64,000 nucleotides of DNA from an uncultured Christensenella sp. (GCA_950064505.1 CATMBT010000003.1:51538-115537); one strand, 5' to 3'. Counted from the first letter of the stretch, positions 9,594-20,200 are shown. The notes: a model not told the origin generated them from the letters alone. Numbers and translations: made by a program.

Positions 9594-11813
9594 ATGAATA
9601 AAGTTTTAAAGATTATCGCTATTACATTAATTGCCTTACTTTCGGCTTTTATTATCGTTCTCACAACGCTCTTCGCCATTACTGCGGGCACAAATCTTCA
9701 ACCCGAAAAGCTTGTCGATTACAGCAAGACCATATCTGTTTTCGACGACCAATCAAATAAAATTGACGACACTTCGCTCGAAACAAAAAAGAAAAGCGTA
9801 AAAATCGGCAATCTGAAAAGTCATACAATCAACGCATTTATTGCCTCCGAGGACAGAACTTTTTACCGCCACAACGGGCTTAACTACAAGCGTATGCTCA
9901 AAGCCTTTTACACGAACGCAATATCTCGCTCGTTCAAGCAGGGCGCTTCGACAATAAGCCAACAGCTCATTAAAAACACTCACCTGAACAGCGACAAGAC
10001 AATAATAAGAAAATTAAAGGAAATCAAACTGACAAGACAGCTTGAAAGACGGTATTCAAAGGACGAAATTCTTGAAATGTATCTGAATACCATATATTTC
10101 GGACACAACTGCTTCGGCTTGCAGAACGCGGCGGAATTTTATTTCGGCTGCCCCGCGGAAGAGCTCAGCCTTGAACAGTCGGCAACCTTGGTCGGACTTC
10201 TCACCTCTCCGAATAACTATTCGCCGTTCAAAAATCCGCAAAAGAGCATTACAAGGCGAAATACGGTCCTTAAAAATATGCTTGATTGCAATTTTATCGA
10301 CAGCCAAACCTACGACAGCACAATAAACGAACCGCTAAGCGCAAAGCAAGACAACTCGAGAAGTAATGGCAACAGTGGATTTTTAAACTGTGTGTTCGAG
10401 GAATTTGAAGAGCTCGACATAGACCCGTACGGACTAAACAATCAGCTGAAAATAATGACGTATCTGAACAAAGACGTACAAAAAAGCTTAGAAAATTGTC
10501 AAACACAGAGCGATTATTCGTTTATTGTAACAAACAACAGTGGCGGCGTAGTCGGTTTCAGGTCAACAATCGGCAACGTGAAGCGGCAGATAGGCTCAAC
10601 GGCTAAACCGCTGTTCGTATACGCTCCCGCCATAGATCAGAAAGCGCTGGATTTATTTACGAAAATTAACGACGAGCCGATAAATTACGGTGGGTATGCG
10701 CCCGAAAACTACGACAAAAAATATCACGGCAAAGTTACCGTAGAAGAATGTATAATGTATAGCTATAATGTACCCGCAGTTAAAACACTGAACACGCTGA
10801 ATATGGACCAAATAGAAAAATTCGCAAAAAATATGGGCGTAACACTTGCGGACGACGATAAAAATTTAGCACTTGCGCTTGGCGGAATGAGCGAGGGACT
10901 GACGCTTAAACAGTTATGCGACTGTTATTCGACGTTTGCCAATTCGGGCAAATACACCCCTTCGCGCTTTATCAAAGAAATTTGCGACGAAAACGGCAAC
11001 GTTCTATACAAAAACGAACCCGTCAGCAACCCCGTATTCTCCGAGGGAACCTGCTCGCTTATCAACGACGTGCTGACCAAGACGGCGCAAAGCGGCACGG
11101 CAAAAAAATTAAAGGACTTAAATCTTGACGTTGCCTGCAAAACGGGAACTTGCGGAAATAAAGACGGAAATACGGACGCTTACTCTATCGCCTATACGTC
11201 GGAATACTGCGTCGGCGTTTGGCTTGGCGACAGAAACAATAATCGTCTGGACGTCACGGGAGGAAGAGATTGTTGCAACATAACAAAAGAAATAATCTCC
11301 TCCGCTTACACAGACAAATCGTGCGCGCCTCTGGACAAAACGTCGGGTACGCAGACTATTGAAATCGACAGAGAAGAATATGAAAATAACGACAAAATTA
11401 TGCTTTGCGACGATAATTCGCCCAAACTTAACAGATTGAGCGTAAAATGCCTTACAAACAACGCTCCTAAGGCAAAATCAACAAAATTTACACAACCCAC
11501 TATCAAAAAACCGACAATTAGCGTCACAAATAACAACGTTTGTATAGTATTATGTCAGACAAAGTACTATTCATATTCTGTAAAACGCGCAAATAAAAAT
11601 GAAAAAACAGAGATATATAACGGTGTGTGGAAAGAAAAAATTTGCGACGCGCCGACCGACGGCGAATATGAGTATACAGTCACTCCCTTCTATGAAAAAG
11701 ACGGGAAGAAATTTTACGGACAGGAAATCATACTGCCGCGCGTTATTATTCGCAGTGAAAAATCAGATTATAAAATCCCCGATATAGCATATAAAGATTG
11801 GTACAATCAATAA
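9594..11813 (+). CDS. class A penicillin-binding protein (glycosyltransferase + transpeptidase)
   Basis: N-terminal TM helix (MNKVLKIIAITLIALL), GT51 motifs EDRTFYRHNG and STISQQL, and transpeptidase motifs STAKP (SxxK), SYN and KTGT. The track ORF from 9195 overlaps miaB and is trimmed to the ATG at 9594. Confidence 0.9.
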   Translation: MNKVLKIIAITLIALLSAFIIVLTTLFAITAGTNLQPEKLVDYSKTISVFDDQSNKIDDTSLETKKKSVKIGNLKSHTINAFIASEDRTFYRHNGLNYKRMLKAFYTNAISRSFKQGASTISQQLIKNTHLNSDKTIIRKLKEIKLTRQLERRYSKDEILEMYLNTIYFGHNCFGLQNAAEFYFGCPAEELSLEQSATLVGLLTSPNNYSPFKNPQKSITRRNTVLKNMLDCNFIDSQTYDSTINEPLSAKQDNSRSNGNSGFLNCVFEEFEELDIDPYGLNNQLKIMTYLNKDVQKSLENCQTQSDYSFIVTNNSGGVVGFRSTIGNVKRQIGSTAKPLFVYAPAIDQKALDLFTKINDEPINYGGYAPENYDKKYHGKVTVEECIMYSYNVPAVKTLNTLNMDQIEKFAKNMGVTLADDDKNLALALGGMSEGLTLKQLCDCYSTFANSGKYTPSRFIKEICDENGNVLYKNEPVSNPVFSEGTCSLINDVLTKTAQSGTAKKLKDLNLDVACKTGTCGNKDGNTDAYSIAYTSEYCVGVWLGDRNNNRLDVTGGRDCCNITKEIISSAYTDKSCAPLDKTSGTQTIEIDREEYENNDKIMLCDDNSPKLNRLSVKCLTNNAPKAKSTKFTQPTIKKPTISVTNNNVCIVLCQTKYYSYSVKRANKNEKTEIYNGVWKEKICDAPTDGEYEYTVTPFYEKDGKKFYGQEIILPRVIIRSEKSDYKIPDIAYKDWYNQ

Positions 11814-11847
11814 AATCAATCCCAACAAAAATGCGCACTCATCTGTT

Positions 11848-13002
11848 TTATATTTTTATTGTTTCAAGAGTTGAAAAGGCTTCGTCAAGCAGAGCTTGAA
11901 CGTCGAGTTTGCTTTCTTCTTCAAGGACATCTGCCATTTTAGGGTGAATTACGGGGTGTCTGGGAAGAAATACCGTACAGCAATCCTCATATGGTCTGAT
12001 TGAAATATCGTATGCGCCCATCGCTCTGCTTCTTGCGATAATTTCGTTTTTATCAAAGCCGCAAAGCGGTCTGAGTATAGGAAGATTTTCAACCACACTT
12101 CCCGAGGACGTCATTCCCTCTATCGTTTGGCTGGCAACTTGCCCTAAGCTTTCGCCAGTAATAAGGCATTGCGCTCCGCATTTTTTTGCAAGTCTTTCGG
12201 CAATTCGCATCATAAATCGGCGAAGAAGCGTTACCATATAGTCGCCGTTGCATTTCTTATGAATTTCTTCCTGAATATGCGTGACCTTAACTACGTGCAA
12301 TACTGTTCCGCAGGAGTATTCGGCTAAAACCTTGGCAAGCTCCTCAACCTTTTCCCTTGCCTGCATATTCGTATACGGATAGCTGTGAAAATGTATACAT
12401 TCGAGCTTCATACCGCGTTTTGCCATCATATATCCGGCTACAGGACTGTCAATGCCGCCCGAAATGAGCAACATTCCCTTACCCGCCGTACCAACAGGCA
12501 TACCGCCGACGCCGTTTATGAGGTTGCCAAACACAAGAGACGTACCGTTTTCCCTTAAATCAATTCCGATAATTGACTGCGGAGTATGCACGTCCACTGT
12601 CAGCGCATTATTTAAATCAAGCAATCTTCCGCCTATTTCGGCATTTATCTGCATTGAATTAAGCGGAAACTTTTTATCGGCGCGATGTGTATCGACTTTA
12701 AACGTGCCGCTTAACGGCGCAACCAACTTAACGGCTTCAAAAATTTCGTCAAGCGAGCTGTTAACCTTCATAGCAACGCTCAACGTATGCACCCCGAACA
12801 CGTTTTTAAGCTTGCCAACCATAAGATCGGTATTTTGACTGTTAAACCCTTCTATGACGTATCTGCCGCTCTGCTTTCTGATTTCGTGTTTCAATCCCTT
12901 TAAAGCTTTTTCCATATTTTCAACGAATACACGCTCGAAAAACCCGCGGTTGTTGCCCTTTAAATGAATTTCACAGTACCTTACAATAATTACGTTTTCC
13001 AT
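11848..13002 (-). CDS. thiI: tRNA 4-thiouridine synthase ThiI
   Basis: 384 aa. THUMP-type N-terminus and the PP-loop motif SGGIDSPVA. Confidence 0.92.
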   Translation of the reverse strand: MENVIIVRYCEIHLKGNNRGFFERVFVENMEKALKGLKHEIRKQSGRYVIEGFNSQNTDLMVGKLKNVFGVHTLSVAMKVNSSLDEIFEAVKLVAPLSGTFKVDTHRADKKFPLNSMQINAEIGGRLLDLNNALTVDVHTPQSIIGIDLRENGTSLVFGNLINGVGGMPVGTAGKGMLLISGGIDSPVAGYMMAKRGMKLECIHFHSYPYTNMQAREKVEELAKVLAEYSCGTVLHVVKVTHIQEEIHKKCNGDYMVTLLRRFMMRIAERLAKKCGAQCLITGESLGQVASQTIEGMTSSGSVVENLPILRPLCGFDKNEIIARSRAMGAYDISIRPYEDCCTVFLPRHPVIHPKMADVLEEESKLDVQALLDEAFSTLETIKI

Positions 13003-13004
13003 TT

Positions 13005-14132
13005 TTATTCCATTATTTTCCTTCTATGCTCAACGGTTTCGTTTAAAATTTTAACGGCTTCCTTTACCTCGTCAACAGAAGTTTCGGCAGAGAAGCTCAG
13101 TCTTAGTACGCCGTCCGCACTTTTTTCGTCAACGCCGCACGCAAAAATTACGCGCGAATACCTCATTTTGTCATTGGACGAGCACGCCGACCCCGTTCCT
13201 ATAATCAGTCCCTTGTCGTCTGCCTCGTGCAATATAATCTCACCGCGAACGCCGTGAGCTACCACCGATAATATATACGGCGACGCGTTTGGCGCGGACA
13301 ATACCGTAAACAGTTCACGGTCAATATTCTCGCGTATATAATTATTCAACTGTCTTACGTGCGCTAAATTTCTTTCAAGCGAAGAATATTTTTTTACCGC
13401 CGCACACTCAAACATCTTTATCCCGAATACGTTTTCCGTTCCGCTTCTCAAACCGTTTTCCTGTCCGCCGCCGCAAATCAACGGTCTGATTGCCAAGCTT
13501 TTACGTTTAATCAAAGCTCCCGTACCTTTCAGTCCGCCTATCTTATGTGCAGATATACTGTACATATCAATATTTTTATCCATTCTGAAAGGAATTTTGC
13601 CGTACGCCTGTACGCCGTCGGAATGAAAGAGCGTGCGGCAATTCTTCGCTTTAACAGCTCTTGCAATGCCGTTGACGTCGTTAATCGCTCCCGTTTCATT
13701 ATTTACGTGAATAATGGTTACGAGCGAAGTTTTTTCGTCGATTAAGCTTATCAGGCTGTCAACGTTTACACTGCCGTCCGCGTTTAACTTCGCAAACCTG
13801 ACTTCAACGCCCCGCTCTTTGAGCTCATTAACCGAAGAAAAAATCGCGGAATGTTCCCCGTAAGTAGTTACAACGTTACCCCTTCTGCCGCCGCCGAAAA
13901 CAGCCATATTGTCAGCCTCAGTGCCGCAGGAGGTAAAAATAAGTTGAAAATCTTTGTCGTTGGCAATTGTATTGAGTATTTCGCTACGCGCCTTTGTTAT
14001 TTCTTTATGCAAAGTATAACCTTCCGCATATAACGCGGAAGGATTATAGAAGTATTCGGTAAGATATTGTTCGGCAGAACGCAAACACTCCTCGTCGGGC
14101 TTTGTCGTTGCCGCATTATCAAGATAAATCAT
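13005..14132 (-). CDS. cysteine desulfurase (class V aminotransferase, NifS/IscS/NifZ type)
   Basis: 375 aa. PLP-lysine region SISAHKIGG and active-site Cys region GTGSACSS. It is adjacent to thiI, as nifZ-thiI is in Bacillus. Its ATG overlaps the stop of the upstream carB fusion ORF (TAATG). Confidence 0.9.
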   Translation of the reverse strand: MIYLDNAATTKPDEECLRSAEQYLTEYFYNPSALYAEGYTLHKEITKARSEILNTIANDKDFQLIFTSCGTEADNMAVFGGGRRGNVVTTYGEHSAIFSSVNELKERGVEVRFAKLNADGSVNVDSLISLIDEKTSLVTIIHVNNETGAINDVNGIARAVKAKNCRTLFHSDGVQAYGKIPFRMDKNIDMYSISAHKIGGLKGTGALIKRKSLAIRPLICGGGQENGLRSGTENVFGIKMFECAAVKKYSSLERNLAHVRQLNNYIRENIDRELFTVLSAPNASPYILSVVAHGVRGEIILHEADDKGLIIGTGSACSSNDKMRYSRVIFACGVDEKSADGVLRLSFSAETSVDEVKEAVKILNETVEHRRKIME

Positions 14133-14971
14133 TAAATTTCAATAATTCCCTTAAATGACTGTTTTACCGAGCCGTCAAGCTCAACGTCGCCGTTCTCGTC
14201 GAGTTTAACAAACAGATCGCCACCCTTTAACTTGACTGTAATAGTTTCGCCTTTCAGGCACTTACCGTTTATAATCGCCGCGGTTGCCGCCGCTACCGCC
14301 GCAGTACCGCACGCCCACGTTTCGCCGTTAGCTCTCTCCCAAACGCGCATTTTTAAGGTAACGTTATTTACAACGCGCACACATTCGAGGAATACGCCCT
14401 GCGGGAACAATCCGGAGTACGCAAACGCCTGACCTAAGCCCTCCAAGTCAATATCTTCAACTCTGTCAACAAAGATTACGCAGTGAGGATTGCCCACGTT
14501 TACGCACGTAATCTTGTATTCCTTGCCGTCAATAGTAACGCTTCTGTCTATAACCTCGCCGTCGAGAGCGCAGGGAATAGTCTTTCCGTCAAATTCAGGC
14601 TTACCGAGATTGACCGCTACCGAACTTGCAACTCCGTTAAAGCTGTTCACGGTGAGCTTTCTCACAAGCCCACAGCTCTCGATAGTTACAGTATCGCTAT
14701 TGACTAAACGGTTGTCGAAGAGATATTTCGCAACGCATCTTATGGGGTTTGCCGCGAGCCCGCCGTCACTGCCATCACGGTTGAACACGCGCATTTTTGC
14801 GTCGGCAATATCCGATTTTTCAATCATAACGACGCCGTCCGAGCCTATGGCGTAATGTCTGTCGGAAAAGTTGATTGCCAAGCTCTCGGGACAGGTTATA
14901 GCGCCGTCCATATTGTTGAAGACAATATAGTCGTTGCCGCAGCTCTGCATTTTACAGAAATCGAGCTTCAT
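14132..14971 (-). other. DapF-like domain portion of the carB ORF (279 aa)
   Basis: Motifs present: GNDY (canonical GNDF), GNPHCVIF, and ERANGETWACGT (second catalytic Cys retained). The first catalytic-Cys motif, FNxDGS..xCGNGxRC, reads FNRDGSDGGLAANPIRC, so Cys is replaced by Ala. The junction is ...RLRTEK-MKLDF with no stop codon. Confidence 0.8.
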
Positions 14972-17900
14972 TTTCTCCGTTCTCAGCCTTGCGATATCGA
15001 CAAGCTCAGTATTGAACTGATTGTACCTTCCCGCGATAACGTCGGCAAGCGCGTTCGTTGTATCGAGCGACGTAAGCACGGTGATGCCTAGCAGAATTGC
15101 GTGATGATGAAGCGAAATATAATTTGTAATAGACTCCATATCCGTCTTACCGGTGTAAACGATATAGTCGATTTTGCCCTCGTCCATAAGCTTGAAAATC
15201 TCGTCGTTGGTCGAGAGACGCGCAACCTCGGTGCAGTCAAGTCCAAGGCTACGGATAACCTCCGCCGTTCCCTTTGTCGCATAGAGCGTCAAACCGAGAT
15301 CGGAAAACTTTTTAACGATATTGATTATTTCGAATTTATCCTGATCGTTAATCGTAAAATAAATTCCCGAAGGGCGCATCTTTGTGGGGTGCTTCATATT
15401 GAAGCCCGCGGACACCAAGCCCTTGAAGAGAGCCTCTTCAATAGTCTTGCCGATGCCGAGTACCTCGCCCGTAGATTTCATTTCGGGTCCGAGCTGTGAG
15501 TTTACGTCGTTGAGCTTTTCAAACGAGAATACGGGCACTTTAACGGCAACATAAGGCGAATTTTTATAGAGCCCCGTACCGTAACCGAGTTTTTTCAGCT
15601 TAGCGCCAACCATTATCTTGGTAGCAAGATCGACCATGGGCACGCCCGTAACCTTTGAAATATAAGGAACGGTTCTCGAAGCTCTGGGATTGACCTCTAT
15701 GACGTACAGCTCGTTATGATAAATGAGGAACTGAATATTGATTAAGCCCTTTGTCTTTAACGAAATTGCGAGGTTTGTAGAAACGTCTACAATTTTTCTG
15801 AGCATTGCATCGCTCAAATTGTAAGGAGGATAGACGGCAATCGAGTCACCGCTGTGTACGCCCGCCCTCTCGATATGCTGCATTATGCCGGGGATCAGGA
15901 CGTCAACGCCGTCTGAAATAGCGTCAACTTCAAGCTCCGTTCCCATTAAATACTTATCGCACAGCACGGGATTTTCTATCTTCTGCGCCAATATAACGTC
16001 CATATACCTTTCGATATCGTTCTGCGTAAAGGCGATAGTCATATTCTGACCGCCTATGACGTACGAAGGGCGCAACAATACGGGATATCCGAGAATGTCT
16101 GCGGCACGGAGCGCCTCGTCCTTGGTCATTACCGTAAGTCCCTTGGGGCGAGCTATACTGAATTGCTCCAAAAGCGCGTCGAAACGCTCCCTGTCCTCGG
16201 CAAGGTCGACGCTGTCTGCGGGCGTTCCGAGAATACGTACTCCTTTTTTATCGAGGTACGCGCAAAGCTTGATTGCCGTCTGTCCGCCGAAGGTTATTAC
16301 AACGCCGTAAGGCTTTTCAACGTCGATTACGTTCTGCACGTCTTCGGGCGTAAGGCTCTCGAAATACAGTCTGTCGGCAGTGTCGAAGTCGGTCGAAACG
16401 GTTTCGGGGTTATTGTTTATAATAATCACCTCGTAACCCAACCTCTTCAACGCCCAGACGCAGTGAACGGATGAATAGTCGAACTCTATGCCCTGACCGA
16501 TTCGTATAGGACCCGAGCCGATAACTATAATTCTCTTCTTCTTGTTCTCTCTGCTTCTGACGACATAAGGAGCGGCTTCGTCGTGCTCGTTCTCGTCGTA
16601 AGTCGAATAGAAATAGGGCGTCTGAGCCGCGAACTCCGCTCCGCATGTATCAACCATTTTAAAGGTTGACCGCATGTGCGTTGGCAACTTATTGCCGCTT
16701 AAACGTTCAAGCTCCTTATCGGGATAGCCGAGTTTCTTTGCGCGCATATACTGAGAGCGCGTTATTGTCTTGCCCGCAATCTCCTTTTCAAAATCAGACA
16801 AGTTCTTCATTTTATATAAGAACCATTCGTCGATTTTGGTTATATCGTAAATCGTACTTATCTCAACTCCGCGCTTAATCGCCTCGTATACGACAAACAG
16901 GCGTTCGTCGGTAAGCTCGTGCAGTCTTTCGACGATTTCTTCGTCGGACAGCTTAGCAAGCTTAGGCAGGTTAAGCGAGCTTACGGAGATTTCCGCGCCG
17001 CGCACCGCCTTCATAATTGCCATTTCAAAGCTCGTGCCGATTGCCATAACCTCGCCCGTAGCTTTCATACGCGTGCCGAGATTTCTCTTTGCGTACAGGA
17101 ATTTGTCGAACGGCCATTTAGGCAGCTTGATAACAACGTAGTCGATAGTCGGCTCGAAGCAAGCGTAGGTCTTGCCCGTAACGTCGTTTTTGATTTCGTC
17201 AAGCGTATATCCAAGCGCAATTTTTGTTGCAACTTTTGCTATAGGATAGCCCGTCGCCTTAGAAGCCAACGCCGAGGAGCGCGAAACACGGGGATTAACC
17301 TCGATTACCGCATACTCGAAGCTGTCGGGATTGAGCGCAAACTGACAGTTACAGCCGCCTTCTATTCCCAACTCCGTTATAATGTCGAGCGAAGCCGTGC
17401 GGAGCATCTGATATTCTTTATCGGACAGCGTTACGGCGGGCGCAATGACTATACTGTCGCCAGTGTGTACGCCTACGGGGTCGAAGTTCTCCATAGAGCA
17501 GACGGTTAACACGTTGCCTTTGCTGTCGCGCAAAACTTCAAACTCAATCTCTTTCCAGCCGCCAATATACTTTTCAATTAAAACCTGCGTTATGGGCGAG
17601 AGCATAAGTCCGTTATGGGCAATTATGCGCAGCTCCTCCTCGCTATGAGCAACGCCGCCGCCCGCGCCGCCAAGCGTATATGCGGGTCTGACAATGACGG
17701 GATAACCGCCGATTTTTTCGGCTACGGCAATGCACTCTTCAACAGTATAAGCGATATCCGAGGGAACGACGGGCTGATTTATTTTCTCCATCGTTTCCTT
17801 AAAGAGCTCTCTGTCCTCAGCCCTGTCAATCGAATCGAGCTTAACGCCGATCAGCTTTACGCCGTACTTATCGAGGAAGCCCTCCTTTGCAAGCTGACAG

Positions 17901-18196
17901 CCGAGCGTTAATCCCGTCTGACCGCCGAGCGAAGCAAGCAGGCTGTCGGGGCGTTCTTTGACTATTATTCTCTTTAACGTATCGGTGGTGAGAGGTTCGA
18001 GATAAATCTCGTCAGCCAACGCCTTATCGGTCATTATGGTTGCGGGATTGGAGTTGCAGAGCACAACGTTTATGCCCGCGTCCTTCAACACTCTGCACGC
18101 CTGTGCACCCGCATAGTCAAATTCCGCCGCCTGTCCTATTACGATAGGTCCTGAACCTATAACCAAAACCTTTTTAATATCTTCTCTCTTAGGCAT
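14132..18196 (-). CDS. carB: carbamoyl-phosphate synthase large subunit fused in frame to a C-terminal DapF-like (diaminopimelate epimerase fold) domain
   Basis: 1354-aa uninterrupted ORF. The first ~1075 aa are a complete CarB: two ATP-grasp halves, an oligomerisation domain and an MGS-like domain. The last 279 aa begin MKLDFCKMQSCGNDYIVF and carry DapF motifs. Confidence 0.9.
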   Translation of the reverse strand: MPKREDIKKVLVIGSGPIVIGQAAEFDYAGAQACRVLKDAGINVVLCNSNPATIMTDKALADEIYLEPLTTDTLKRIIVKERPDSLLASLGGQTGLTLGCQLAKEGFLDKYGVKLIGVKLDSIDRAEDRELFKETMEKINQPVVPSDIAYTVEECIAVAEKIGGYPVIVRPAYTLGGAGGGVAHSEEELRIIAHNGLMLSPITQVLIEKYIGGWKEIEFEVLRDSKGNVLTVCSMENFDPVGVHTGDSIVIAPAVTLSDKEYQMLRTASLDIITELGIEGGCNCQFALNPDSFEYAVIEVNPRVSRSSALASKATGYPIAKVATKIALGYTLDEIKNDVTGKTYACFEPTIDYVVIKLPKWPFDKFLYAKRNLGTRMKATGEVMAIGTSFEMAIMKAVRGAEISVSSLNLPKLAKLSDEEIVERLHELTDERLFVVYEAIKRGVEISTIYDITKIDEWFLYKMKNLSDFEKEIAGKTITRSQYMRAKKLGYPDKELERLSGNKLPTHMRSTFKMVDTCGAEFAAQTPYFYSTYDENEHDEAAPYVVRSRENKKKRIIVIGSGPIRIGQGIEFDYSSVHCVWALKRLGYEVIIINNNPETVSTDFDTADRLYFESLTPEDVQNVIDVEKPYGVVITFGGQTAIKLCAYLDKKGVRILGTPADSVDLAEDRERFDALLEQFSIARPKGLTVMTKDEALRAADILGYPVLLRPSYVIGGQNMTIAFTQNDIERYMDVILAQKIENPVLCDKYLMGTELEVDAISDGVDVLIPGIMQHIERAGVHSGDSIAVYPPYNLSDAMLRKIVDVSTNLAISLKTKGLINIQFLIYHNELYVIEVNPRASRTVPYISKVTGVPMVDLATKIMVGAKLKKLGYGTGLYKNSPYVAVKVPVFSFEKLNDVNSQLGPEMKSTGEVLGIGKTIEEALFKGLVSAGFNMKHPTKMRPSGIYFTINDQDKFEIINIVKKFSDLGLTLYATKGTAEVIRSLGLDCTEVARLSTNDEIFKLMDEGKIDYIVYTGKTDMESITNYISLHHHAILLGITVLTSLDTTNALADVIAGRYNQFNTELVDIARLRTEKMKLDFCKMQSCGNDYIVFNNMDGAITCPESLAINFSDRHYAIGSDGVVMIEKSDIADAKMRVFNRDGSDGGLAANPIRCVAKYLFDNRLVNSDTVTIESCGLVRKLTVNSFNGVASSVAVNLGKPEFDGKTIPCALDGEVIDRSVTIDGKEYKITCVNVGNPHCVIFVDRVEDIDLEGLGQAFAYSGLFPQGVFLECVRVVNNVTLKMRVWERANGETWACGTAAVAAATAAIINGKCLKGETITVKLKGGDLFVKLDENGDVELDGSVKQSFKGIIEI

Positions 18197-19262
18197 TGTA
18201 CTTTCCCTCCGTAATATTCTTCAAAAATCTGTCGAAAAGGAACGAAGCGTCGCGAGGGCCGCCCCTTGCCTCGGGGTGGAACTGTACGGTAAACGCATTG
18301 TAATCGGGATAGTCAACGCCCTCGCAAGTGCCGTCGTTGGCGTTTATATAGCTCACACAGCCCACGCCCTGCACGCTTGAAGATATTACTTCATATCCGT
18401 GATTTTGGCTTGAAATATATACCCTGCCCGTGTTCAGACACTTGACGGGCTGATTTCCTCCCCTGTGTCCGTACTTCATTTTTTTGGTTGCGCCGCCCAT
18501 TGCAAGAGCGAACAGCTGATGTCCGAGGCAAATACCGAATATCGGCAATTTGCCTACGAGCTTTCTCATAGTCTCTATTACTTCAACGTTTTCGGAAGGA
18601 TCGCCCGGTCCGTTACTGAGCATTAATCCCTGCGGATTGAGCGCAAGTATCTGCTCAGCCGTATAAAACGACGGCACTTGAATACAATAACAGCCGCGCT
18701 TTACGAGCTCCTTTGCAATGTTATATTTTGCGCCGAAATCCCAAACGACAATTCTTATTCCGTTGGGATCGCCTATATACTTCGGCTGACTGCAAGTTAC
18801 CTGCTTAACGGCGTCGGTAATGCGGTATTTCTCTATCTCCGAAAAGTCCTTGACGGGCTTCGTGGTAATAGCCGCATTCATTACGCCCGCCTCTCTTACT
18901 ATCCTCGTAAGTTCACGCGTGTCGAGCCCGTAAATGCCGATTATGCCGTTATCCTCCAAATACTTTTCAATAGTGCCCTCGCACCTGAAATTCGAAGGGT
19001 TGTCGCACTTTTCTCTGACAATATACGCCGAAACGTGCGGCTTAGCGCTCTGCATATCGGGAGTTACGCCGTAGTTACCGATAAGCGGGAACGTCTGAAT
19101 GACAATCTGTCCGTAATAGCTGGGGTCGGTAAGCGTTTCAATATATCCCGTCATACCCGTGGTAAAGACAAGCTCGCCAACGACGTCGCCGTCAGCGCCA
19201 AATCTGTAACCCGTAAACTGTTTTCCGTTTTGCAACGTTAAATATACTTTGCCGTCTTTCAT
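18189..19262 (-). CDS. carA: carbamoyl-phosphate synthase small (glutaminase) subunit
   Basis: 357 aa. Class I glutamine amidotransferase motifs GICLGHQ and HPE. It overlaps the carB start by 8 nt. Confidence 0.95.
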   Translation of the reverse strand: MKDGKVYLTLQNGKQFTGYRFGADGDVVGELVFTTGMTGYIETLTDPSYYGQIVIQTFPLIGNYGVTPDMQSAKPHVSAYIVREKCDNPSNFRCEGTIEKYLEDNGIIGIYGLDTRELTRIVREAGVMNAAITTKPVKDFSEIEKYRITDAVKQVTCSQPKYIGDPNGIRIVVWDFGAKYNIAKELVKRGCYCIQVPSFYTAEQILALNPQGLMLSNGPGDPSENVEVIETMRKLVGKLPIFGICLGHQLFALAMGGATKKMKYGHRGGNQPVKCLNTGRVYISSQNHGYEVISSSVQGVGCVSYINANDGTCEGVDYPDYNAFTVQFHPEARGGPRDASFLFDRFLKNITEGKYNA

Positions 19263-19297
19263 AAATTATCTATCCCTGTAAAATTTATTTCGTACTA

Positions 19298-20200
19298 TTA
19301 TTTTAAAAGCTTGACCATAACCGCCTTCTGGGCGTGCAATCTGTTCTCCGCCTCGTCGAAAATCTCCTTAGAGTGCTCCTCGAAAACCTCTTCCGTGATT
19401 TCCTCGCCGCGGTGAGCGGGCAGACAGTGCAGACACATAACGTCGGATTTTGCGACTGACAGATTTTCGGAGTTTACCTGATAAGGAGCAAAAGCCTTTT
19501 GCCTTGCCGCCTTCTCGCTCTCCTGACCCATCGAAGCCCATACGTCCGTATATACGACGTCGGCGTCCTTGATTGCTTCTTTTACGTCGGTTGTTACAGT
19601 AAATTCGCCGTTTTCCTTAGCCCACTTCATAAGCTCGGCGTCGGGCTCGTACCCCTTTGGACAGGCGATTGCAAAGGACATACCCGTCTTGATAGCTCCC
19701 ACCATAAGGCTGTTAGCCATATTATTGCCGTCGCCGACAAACGCCATTTTCAGTCCCTTGAAACTACCCTTGTACTCTCTGATAGTCATAAGGTCGGCGA
19801 GAACCTGACAGGGGTGAGCGTAGTCGGTAAGTCCGTTAATTACGGGTATTGAGCCGTACTTCGCCAAATCCTCGACCTCTTGCTGTTCAAAAGTCCTTAT
19901 CATAATGCCGTCGAGGTAACGCGAAAGCACTCTTGCCGTATCCTGCACGGGCTCGCCCCTGCCTATCTGCAAGTCATTACTCGAAAGAAAAAGACCGTAT
20001 CCGCCCAATTCGTATATGCCCGCCTCGAAAGACACTCTCGTACGGGTGGAAGCCTTCTGAAAAATAAGCCCCATCTTTTTGCCTTTAAGGTAGTCCTTTT
20101 GTATTCCGTTGCTCCTCTCGAACTTCAATTGATCGGCAAGATTTAATATTGACAAAATTTCTTCCCGCGTAAGATCGGACAGCTTTAATAGATGCTTCAT
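19298..20200 (-). CDS. argF: ornithine carbamoyltransferase
   Basis: 300 aa. Motifs STRTR, HPCQ, DVWASMG and HCLPA. Confidence 0.9.
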   Translation of the reverse strand: MKHLLKLSDLTREEILSILNLADQLKFERSNGIQKDYLKGKKMGLIFQKASTRTRVSFEAGIYELGGYGLFLSSNDLQIGRGEPVQDTARVLSRYLDGIMIRTFEQQEVEDLAKYGSIPVINGLTDYAHPCQVLADLMTIREYKGSFKGLKMAFVGDGNNMANSLMVGAIKTGMSFAIACPKGYEPDAELMKWAKENGEFTVTTDVKEAIKDADVVYTDVWASMGQESEKAARQKAFAPYQVNSENLSVAKSDVMCLHCLPAHRGEEITEEVFEEHSKEIFDEAENRLHAQKAVMVKLLK

